Below, in pieces: positions 57,206 to 64,000 of a DNA stretch of 64,000 nt. Source of the stretch: Saprospira grandis DSM 2844. GTDB lineage: Bacteria > Bacteroidota > Bacteroidia > Chitinophagales > Saprospiraceae. Under the pieces are notes generated by a model that saw only the letters and a list, made by a program, of their open reading frames with translations, had not been told where the DNA came from and made no database searches. Both the position numbers and the translations under genes were made by a program. The stretch is taken from NCBI RefSeq assembly GCF_000275825.1, contig NZ_JH719942.1, forward strand, positions 1,060,988-1,124,987. The letters are read 5' to 3'. The stretch's first letter is position 1. The number at the start of each line of letters is the position of its first letter.

Positions 57206-57403
57206 AAAAATTTGGTTTTAATGCGTTTGATGATCTGTTAAGATAACGGTTTGTTAAGATATTTAGCTGCTTTAGTGAAACATAATTCCTTGTTTAGGAT
57301 AGGAGTCAGCTCATAAATTAACACTCGTTAAATTCCATAATTTCTTAGGAGATATTTTTTTTAGCCACTACATTGTGCTTCTAATCACAGTAGCCCTCCA
57401 CTG

Positions 57404-57844
57404 ATGAAAAACTTAAATAACATACAGCCCAAAAAATCTGCATTCTCCTGCCTAGGACGAATGCTTTTGCTGTTGTTATTTCTCTTTAATGCTGGACTAG
57501 GATTTGCAGCCCAGCCCATTCAGCAACAAGGCCATCAGTTGAGTTTTAATAAAAAGCTTAGTAGTGACTGGCAGCAACATTTATATGATTTCGATGGCGA
57601 GGAAAAAGACGCCAATGAAGAAGAAGTAGACAGCCAAGAAGCTGAAGAATTAAAACAGCTCTTGCTTTGGTCCAAAGACGTTCTTCCCTCCTTTTCTAGA
57701 TGGTCTCCTCCCCTCCCCTCTTTCCACTGTTTTTTCATTTCCAAGCCGCACCCTTCTGCTTGCCGCTTTCGGCCCAATACCGAGGCCCAAAAGCAGCAAA
57801 AACTCTATTTGCGCTTGCACTCCCTTAAATTAGATTTGGCTTAA
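57404..57844 (+). CDS. hypothetical protein (weak call)
   Basis: ORF with a signal-like N-terminus and acidic middle. No recognisable domain. Confidence 0.2.
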   Translation: MKNLNNIQPKKSAFSCLGRMLLLLLFLFNAGLGFAAQPIQQQGHQLSFNKKLSSDWQQHLYDFDGEEKDANEEEVDSQEAEELKQLLLWSKDVLPSFSRWSPPLPSFHCFFISKPHPSACRFRPNTEAQKQQKLYLRLHSLKLDLA

Positions 57845-57982
57845 GTCGATCTGCTTCATAGCAGATACGCCTTTGTATTGATGTACAGCTTACTGTACAT
57901 CCAATAACCTATTTCCTTTCTTTATTGCTAAAGATTGGGCAGTCCTCTCCTTGTCCAATACTTAGACTTAAGCCTCCTAATC

Positions 57983-58966
57983 ATGAATTTTCTTTTCGAT
58001 ATGTCTATGGTGACAGGCAATATCCTATCGCCTCCCGTTCTTTTCTTCTTTTTGGGCCTTATTTCCGTTGCCCTCAAATCTGACCTCGAAATTCCGCAAC
58101 CACTTCCCAAGCTCTTCTCGCTCTATCTCTTGATGGATATTGGCTTGCATGGTGGACATGAGCTTTATCATAGTGGTTTTTCTTGGGAGTTGGTCACGGT
58201 CCTTGGCGCCTGTTTCCTTATGGCCTCTATCATCCCTATTTATAGCTTTTTTATTCTTAGATCTCGCTTTGGATCCGCAGATGCTGCGGCTATTGCCGCC
58301 ACCTTTGGTTCTATTAGTGCCGTTACCTTTATTACCGGAATTTCTTTTCTTGAAATCCAAGAGGTGCCCTATAAAGGATATATGGTAGCTGGTATGGCCC
58401 TGATGGAATCGCCCGCTATCATTATTGGGGTCTTGCTCTATAATATTTATGGCAAAAAAGAGCAGAAATCAAAGAAGAAGACTAATTGGGGACATATTCT
58501 CCGCGATGCCTTTTTTAATGGCTCTATTATGCTATTAGTCGGGGCCCTACTCATTGGTATTCTTTCTGGAGATAAGGGCTGGCACGATTTCCAACCCTTT
58601 GATAGCATCTTTAAAGGAATGCTCTGCTTCTACTTGCTCGACAATGGTATTGTGGCCGCTCGCCGCCTAAAAGCTCTGCGCGGAAACCTAGGGTTCTTGC
58701 TTTCTTTTAGTATCCTGATGCCTTTGTTTAATGCCGCTTTAGGGATTGGCATCGCCTACCTCATTGGCCTAAGCAAAGGAAATGCCCTCTTGTTCTGTCT
58801 GCTCACCGCTAGTGCTTCCTATATCGCCGTTCCAGCCGCTATGCGCTTGGCTATCCCCAAATCTAATCCCGCCTTTACGGTTCCTGTGGCCCTAGGTATT
58901 GTTTTCCCTTTCAACGTAATTGTAGGCATTCCGCTCTACTATTATCTCATCCAACAAATTCTCTAA
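57983..58966 (+). CDS. sbtA: SbtA-like sodium-dependent bicarbonate transporter (DUF897 family)
   Basis: About 10-TM inverted-repeat protein. The downstream PII-like gene supports an sbtA-sbtB pair. Confidence 0.6.
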   Translation: MNFLFDMSMVTGNILSPPVLFFFLGLISVALKSDLEIPQPLPKLFSLYLLMDIGLHGGHELYHSGFSWELVTVLGACFLMASIIPIYSFFILRSRFGSADAAAIAATFGSISAVTFITGISFLEIQEVPYKGYMVAGMALMESPAIIIGVLLYNIYGKKEQKSKKKTNWGHILRDAFFNGSIMLLVGALLIGILSGDKGWHDFQPFDSIFKGMLCFYLLDNGIVAARRLKALRGNLGFLLSFSILMPLFNAALGIGIAYLIGLSKGNALLFCLLTASASYIAVPAAMRLAIPKSNPAFTVPVALGIVFPFNVIVGIPLYYYLIQQIL

Positions 58967-58968
58967 TT

Positions 58969-59268
58969 ATGAATATCGTCAAATCTGTCAAAATAGAAGT
59001 CATTCTCGAAAGTATCCAAGTAGAGCGCTTTATTGAAATGCTAGAAGAGGCCGGTGCCCATGGCTATACGCTTTTTGGCAATATTTCGGGAAAGGGCCAA
59101 AATGGCATGCTCGATCATAACTGCCGAGCCAAAATTTTCGCTAATAGCTATCTCTTTACCATTTGTTCTGAAGAGGTGGCCCAAAATATTTTGCCCCAAA
59201 TTGCCCTCTTTTTAGAGGATTGCTCGGGGAGTTGTTTCACCTCTGAGGTGAATCACCTAAAGCTGTAA
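58969..59268 (+). CDS. sbtB: PII-like signalling protein SbtB
   Basis: About 99 aa with a PII-like fold pattern (KIEVILESIQVERFIEMLEEAGAHGYTLF...). Start is 3 bp after the sbtA stop. Confidence 0.6.
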   Translation: MNIVKSVKIEVILESIQVERFIEMLEEAGAHGYTLFGNISGKGQNGMLDHNCRAKIFANSYLFTICSEEVAQNILPQIALFLEDCSGSCFTSEVNHLKL

Positions 59269-59339
59269 AAGGGCGTTTTTATCCCTTTTCTTTTTTGTAG
59301 CTTGGGAGCAGCAGTTTACTGTTGCTCCCTTTTTTTATT

Positions 59340-59885
59340 CTTTTCTTTTGGGGCCTCCACAGCTTTGCTGCGGCGCTATGTTTCGGGGCTCGCAAGCCTG
59401 CTCGGCCCTTCGCAAAATTTCGCTTTGCTCATTTTGCTCGGTCTGGCCTACGGCCACCCCTACACAGCGCTAGGCCCTTGCAGCGGCAAAGCCGCTGCAA
59501 AATGGCATTTTGTTCAGACAGCCCTGCGGGCTGATTGGACCCGGCCGGCGGTAGGCGGCTGGCCACTTTCTTCTCTGCTTGAATTTAAATTTGGCCCTCA
59601 ATATATTGCATTTCAGGCAAAAGGCCCTCCAAAGCCGCCTCCGCCTGGGGGCAGCTAGCGTTGGCCTTGGGGGCCAACACTAGCTGCATGGCCTTCGGCC
59701 CTTCGGGCCTCAGCTTATACATCCTGCAGGCGGCAAAGCCGCCGCAAAGGCGCGCAGCGCCTCGGATGAGGGATGGAAAAGGGGGCGGCGAAGCCGCAGA
59801 CCAAGGCCGTCAGGCCGAAGGGCCGAGCAGACCTGCGAGCCCTGACACAGCCCGACCCAGCCGAAGGCTGGGGCAGCCCCAAAAT
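59340..59885. repeat. composite ~550-bp repeat arm, arm B of the inverted pair
   Basis: Reverse complement of 53918-54470. Confidence 0.75.
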
Positions 59886-59947
59886 AAAAAAACACCTAGC
59901 CCCTAAAAAGAGACCAGATGTTATATATCATCTAAAAAAGAGGAAAA

Positions 59948-61975
59948 CTACTCCTTTTCTTCTGCATCCTCCTCGCCCAAATCGGGCTTAGGGTCTTGCA
60001 AAGTATCTACGCCATGGTTTTCGCTTACCGCCTCGCCGTTCTCGCCGGGCAGCTCATCAAAAATGCGTTTACCAATCAATTGCTCTACAGCATCCTTATT
60101 GAGGACCTCCTTATTGAGGAGTTCATTGGCCAACAACTCTAGCTCTTGGCGTTTTTCTCTCAGCAAGTTTTTGGCCCGTTCATATTGGGAGTCGATCAGC
60201 TTGCGGGTTTCTTGGTCAATTAGGTCTGCAGTAGCCTCAGAATAAGGCTTACTAAAGCCGCCGCCTTCCTTCATCATACCATAATAAGAGACATTGCCCA
60301 CACGCTTATTCATTCCATAAACCGTAATCATAGAGTAAGCCATACGGGTCACATGATCGAGATCAGATTGAGCGCCAGTAGAAATTTTACCAAAGATGAT
60401 TTCCTCTGCAGCGCGTCCCCCCATCGTCATACACATACGGTCTAGCAGTTGCTCTACGGTAGTAATGTGTTGTTCTTTGGGCAAATATTGGGCATAACCG
60501 AGGGCTGCGATACCGCGGGGAACAATAGTCACCTTAACCAAAGGCATGGCATTTTCTAAAAACCAGCCGCAAAGCGTATGTCCAGCTTCATGATAAGCAA
60601 TCACTCGTTTTTCTTCTGGAGAAATCAGTTTATTCTTTTTCTCCAAACCGCCAATCACTCGATCAATAGCGTCATTAAAGTCATTCATTTCTACAAACTG
60701 CTTCCCTCGGCGGGCAGCAATTAGGGCTGCTTCATTACAGACATTGGCAATTTCGGCACCAGCAAAACCGGGAGTTTGGGTGGCCAAATTCTTGGCATCC
60801 ACATCTCCAGAAATTTTGATATTTTTGAGATGAACGGCAAAAATTTGCTCTCGTCCCACCAAATCAGGCTTATCAATAGAAATTTGGCGATCGAAACGAC
60901 CGGGGCGCAAAAGCGCTTGGTCCAAAATATCGGGACGGTTAGTGGCCGCCATCATAATCACGCCTTTTTCGGTGCTAAAGCCATCCATTTCTACCAACAA
61001 CTGGTTAAGCGTATTCTCTCTTTCGTCATTGCCGCCCTGCATAGCGCCACGTCCACGGGCACGACCAATAGCGTCAATTTCATCAATAAAGATAATACAG
61101 GGGGCTTTTTCTCGGGCTTGGCGGAAGAGGTCACGGACCCTAGAGGCCCCTACTCCAACAAACATCTCGACAAAATCGGAGCCAGAGATACTAAAGAAAG
61201 GCACGCCAGCCTCGCCAGCAACGGCTTTGGCCAAAAGCGTTTTACCGGTACCTGGAGGGCCTACCAGAAGCACCCCCTTAGGGATTTTACCACCTAGAGC
61301 AGTATATTTTTTGGGTTTTTTCAAGAAATCCACTACTTCCATAACTTCTTCCTTGGCCTCATCTAGGCCAGCAACATCTTTAAAGCTAGCATTTACTTTA
61401 CCGTCCTTATCGAACAAAGTAGCTTTAGAGCGGCCAATATTAAAGATTTGGGAGCCGGGGCCAGCACCACCGCCACCTACGCGGCGCATAATAAAGATCC
61501 AGATAATAATCAAAATGGCGAAAGGCAGAATCCAGCTCAGCAAGCCGCCGATATAATCGTAGCGGGTTTCATTTTTCTGGTTAATGCTAAAATTGGGATC
61601 ATCCTGAGCAATTTTTTGCTCTAGCGCGTCTAATTTTTTGAGGAAATACTCCATATCGCCCACCGTATAGCTATAATTGGGGGCATCATTATTAAAGGAA
61701 GAGCTGGGCAGTTTGCTATACTCCTCCTTTTCCAAGGCGTCTTCAGTTAGGTAAACCTCTGCTTGACTTTTATTGACGATGATAATTTTATCAACATCTT
61801 TTTGAGCGATAATCGTCTCTAACTCATTCCAACTTAGGTCTTTGGTTTTGGGGCTCACCCAAATCAAGTTCACACTAATGAGCAAGAGAGCAAGAAGGCC
61901 ATAAATCCAATAATAGTTGAACTTGGGGCCGTTGTTCTTCTCTCCCTGTGGTTGGTTATTGGGATTGTTTTGCAT
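59948..61975 (-). CDS. ftsH: ATP-dependent zinc metalloprotease FtsH
   Basis: N-terminal TM helices, AAA module ([23 protein letters not shown]...), HEAGH zinc site. Confidence 0.95.
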   Translation of the reverse strand: MQNNPNNQPQGEKNNGPKFNYYWIYGLLALLLISVNLIWVSPKTKDLSWNELETIIAQKDVDKIIIVNKSQAEVYLTEDALEKEEYSKLPSSSFNNDAPNYSYTVGDMEYFLKKLDALEQKIAQDDPNFSINQKNETRYDYIGGLLSWILPFAILIIIWIFIMRRVGGGGAGPGSQIFNIGRSKATLFDKDGKVNASFKDVAGLDEAKEEVMEVVDFLKKPKKYTALGGKIPKGVLLVGPPGTGKTLLAKAVAGEAGVPFFSISGSDFVEMFVGVGASRVRDLFRQAREKAPCIIFIDEIDAIGRARGRGAMQGGNDERENTLNQLLVEMDGFSTEKGVIMMAATNRPDILDQALLRPGRFDRQISIDKPDLVGREQIFAVHLKNIKISGDVDAKNLATQTPGFAGAEIANVCNEAALIAARRGKQFVEMNDFNDAIDRVIGGLEKKNKLISPEEKRVIAYHEAGHTLCGWFLENAMPLVKVTIVPRGIAALGYAQYLPKEQHITTVEQLLDRMCMTMGGRAAEEIIFGKISTGAQSDLDHVTRMAYSMITVYGMNKRVGNVSYYGMMKEGGGFSKPYSEATADLIDQETRKLIDSQYERAKNLLREKRQELELLANELLNKEVLNKDAVEQLIGKRIFDELPGENGEAVSENHGVDTLQDPKPDLGEEDAEEKE

Positions 61976-62095
61976 AATAAGATATCAGAAAATGTATAAT
62001 AATGGGCCAATTGAAAAGATAGGCCCAAGCTATGAGAAAGACAAGATTGCCTTTGTGTTGGTTTTTACTAAAGCCTAATCTAGATTGAATCTAGA

Positions 62096-62488
62096 CTAAA
62101 GAGTTGGGTACTCTTTACGGTTGGCATCACTCCAGAGACCTTCTAAGTTGTAGAATTTTCTTTTTTCCTCATTAAAAACGTGAATCACCAGCGTAAAATA
62201 ATCGAGGAGGCGCCAGTGGCCGCCCTGTTTGCCTTCTGTATGATTGGGGCGTTCGCCCAGTTGTTCCCAGAGGGTTTTCTCTATATTTTTGGCAATACCG
62301 TTGATATGTGTAGAGGAGGTACCATGACAAATTAGGAAAATATTTGTGCTGGCCTCATCTACATTAGAGAGGTCTAAAGAGATAATATTTACCGCTTTGC
62401 GGTCTTGCATAGCTTCTACAGCGACGGCCAATAGGTCCTGCAATTGAGGCATTTTTTCTTCTTTTTGCGAAAGCTCTTGTTTATTCAA
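62096..62488 (-). CDS. rsfS: ribosome silencing factor RsfS (Iojap family); likely true start at MPQLQD (62452)
   Basis: ...AVNIISLDLSNV...DYFLICHGTS..HI...NIEKTL...GHWRLLDYFTLVIHVF... Confidence 0.8.
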   Translation of the reverse strand: MNKQELSQKEEKMPQLQDLLAVAVEAMQDRKAVNIISLDLSNVDEASTNIFLICHGTSSTHINGIAKNIEKTLWEQLGERPNHTEGKQGGHWRLLDYFTLVIHVFNEEKRKFYNLEGLWSDANRKEYPTL

Positions 62489-62580
62489 ATCGACTTATAT
62501 TAAATTGTGGCCCCATTAAAAGACCAAAGAGAGTTAAAGGCCCTAAAGTTAGGGCTAAAAATCAAAAAAGCAGCTATGTT

Positions 62581-63351
62581 ATGCCCAAGCAATCAGATAA
62601 CAGTCTTTTTATCGGAAAGGTTGCCATCCGTCATAAACGCCTAGATTCGACCAACCGCTATGCCTTTGACTTCTTGTCAAAAAGTTTACCAACGGAAGGA
62701 ACTGCCATTATTGCAGACGAACAATGGGCGGGCCGCGGCCAAAAAGGCAACAACTGGCTATCTGAAGCGGGACAGAACATAGCCCTAAGCCTTATTTTGC
62801 GGCCAAAGTTCCTACTTGTTAAGGAACAATTCCTTTGGAACATGGCCATTTCCTTGGCGGTGCATGAGGTCCTGACAAATTGCCAGCTTCAACTGCCGCA
62901 TTATATTAAGTGGCCCAATGATATTTATGTGGGCAACTTTAAGGTGGGGGGCATCTTGATCGAAAGCCAATTGCGGGGCAGCTACCTCGACTGGTCTGTG
63001 GTGGGCATTGGTTTGAATGTTTTTCAAAAAAGCTTCTCGCCTAAATTGCCCAACCCTAGCTCATTAGCCCTACTGACAGAAAAAAAATTGAACATGGATT
63101 CAATTCTGTCACAACTATATGCAGCCATAGAGCGTCTATACCTCAAACTACGGCAAGGCCGAGGCCAAGAACTTTGGCCCTTATATGAAAGCAAACTTTG
63201 GCGCTATAAGAAATGGAGCAAGTTTAAATGGCAGGAAAAGGAACATGAAGGCCGCATTTGGGGCGTAGCTCCCAATGGGCAACTCAAAATTATAGACCGA
63301 AAAGGACAGCTACATTTGTTCAACTTTAAGGAAGTTCAATATATACTATAA
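62581..63351 (+). CDS. birA: biotin--[acetyl-CoA-carboxylase] ligase
   Basis: GRGQKGNNW (GRGRxGRxW-type) motif and the BPL catalytic domain, with a short C-terminal domain. Confidence 0.75.
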   Translation: MPKQSDNSLFIGKVAIRHKRLDSTNRYAFDFLSKSLPTEGTAIIADEQWAGRGQKGNNWLSEAGQNIALSLILRPKFLLVKEQFLWNMAISLAVHEVLTNCQLQLPHYIKWPNDIYVGNFKVGGILIESQLRGSYLDWSVVGIGLNVFQKSFSPKLPNPSSLALLTEKKLNMDSILSQLYAAIERLYLKLRQGRGQELWPLYESKLWRYKKWSKFKWQEKEHEGRIWGVAPNGQLKIIDRKGQLHLFNFKEVQYIL

Positions 63352-63458
63352 TTCCTTTTTTTCGGGCATACTATTTGTTGTTAAGCATTTTACAATACTG
63401 ACGATGTTGTAAGTTAGAGAATTCAAGGGACGAGCTTGGATTCTCTTTTTTTTTGGTC

Positions 63459-63920
63459 TTATTGTAAGATAGGCGGTTCATCTTTGCCCTCTTCCTTAAT
63501 TTCTTCTATATCTGAAAAAGGAATATCTAATGGTTTATTCTTCTTTTTGGAAGGCAACAAGCGGCTGCTGCCAAAATCCCAAAGGGTTTTTAGGTATAAA
63601 AAGCCCAAAAACGGACTAAAAGCGGCTAGGCCCAATAAACTTCCGCCTATTCCCAGCCAAATATTTTTGGCATATAGGCCTTTGATATAGTTATATACTC
63701 TAAGCAGCAACTGCCGATTGATGAGCAAGACCCCAACAGATAAGGCGGCAACAATCCACCAAACAAACTGCTTGAGAAAGCCAATGACCACATAAATTAG
63801 TACCGAGACAACAATTAGGGCCAATAACAATTGTATAAAGCGAGCTAAGGGGCTGCTCTTTTCTTTTTCTTCTAAGTTCAACATAGATCCGTATCTTTGG
63901 TCTGCTCTAAATATAGACAC
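63459..63920 (-). CDS. hypothetical membrane protein
   Basis: Two or three TM helices. Its C-terminus overlaps the intergenic region. Confidence 0.35.
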   Translation of the reverse strand: MSIFRADQRYGSMLNLEEKEKSSPLARFIQLLLALIVVSVLIYVVIGFLKQFVWWIVAALSVGVLLINRQLLLRVYNYIKGLYAKNIWLGIGGSLLGLAAFSPFLGFLYLKTLWDFGSSRLLPSKKKNKPLDIPFSDIEEIKEEGKDEPPILQ

Positions 63921-63959
63921 TTTTTAAAGGAGCTGCCTTATATTGGTCCCCTTTTTAGC

Positions 63960-64000
63960 CAGAGAAGGCGGCGCAGCCGCCGCAGAGGAGCGCAGCGACT
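63960..64000. repeat. start of another GC-rich repeat (truncated by the window end)
   Basis: ggcggcgcagccgccgcagaggagcgcagcgac. Confidence 0.5.

Noticed and set aside
57404-57844. 146-aa ORF upstream of sbtA as a confident gene
   Set aside because: It has no domain similarity and its C-terminal half is low-complexity. It is kept only as a weak call at 0.2 confidence.
1-64000. Possibility that the abundant repeats are a CRISPR array
   Set aside because: The copies are 140-550 bp, irregularly spaced and separated by whole genes. They are mosaic rather than identical short direct repeats with unique spacers. No cas genes are present.

Overview
The window reads as a Bacteroidota chromosome segment. 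The evidence is T9SS C-terminal sorting domains, SprB repeats, a DUF3467 protein, many lipoproteins, and roughly 46% GC. Conserved housekeeping genes are interspersed with accessory blocks: an S41 peptidase (prc), HU, tsaE, pdhA, ftsH, rsfS, birA, an OmpA-family protein, Hsp20 and a SulP transporter. The dominant feature is a minus-strand cluster of about 15 kb (33.3-48.3 kb) encoding a phage-tail-like extracellular contractile injection system (eCIS/Afp/PVC-like, or T6SS-iv-like). Reading 5' to 3' on the minus strand it carries a small two-TM protein, a DUF4255-like cap candidate, a 375-aa unknown, the sheath, two gp19-like tube proteins, a third tube-fold protein with a Gly-rich insertion, a 62-aa protein, a VgrG-like spike, a PAAR protein, a gp25-like wedge, a 1256-aa baseplate protein and a short fibre-like protein. 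No tape-measure or AAA+ ATPase homolog is visible, and an IS5-family insertion sits inside the locus. Two paralogous secreted GH18-like proteins with C-terminal polytopic membrane anchors lie immediately upstream. Other accessory items follow. One is an operon of three tandem 327-aa paralogs, a 73-aa protein and an RsbR-like STAS protein. Another is a STAND NTPase-TM-coiled-coil-WD40 protein followed by an outer-membrane barrel and a beta-propeller lipoprotein. The rest are four tandem small lipoproteins with T9SS-CTD-like ends, an SprB-repeat T9SS protein, an sbtA/sbtB pair, and tandem duplicated tRNA-Gln(UUG). Nearly every intergenic gap holds a GC-rich (~65-70% GC), dyad-symmetric, mosaic repeat ending in TTTTGGGGCTGCCCC / GGGGCAGCCCCAAAA. 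More than 20 copies fall in 64 kb, some with nested insertions, and two composite arms of about 550 bp form an inverted pair around a roughly 4.9 kb segment. No CRISPR array, rRNA, integrase, capsid or terminase gene is visible.
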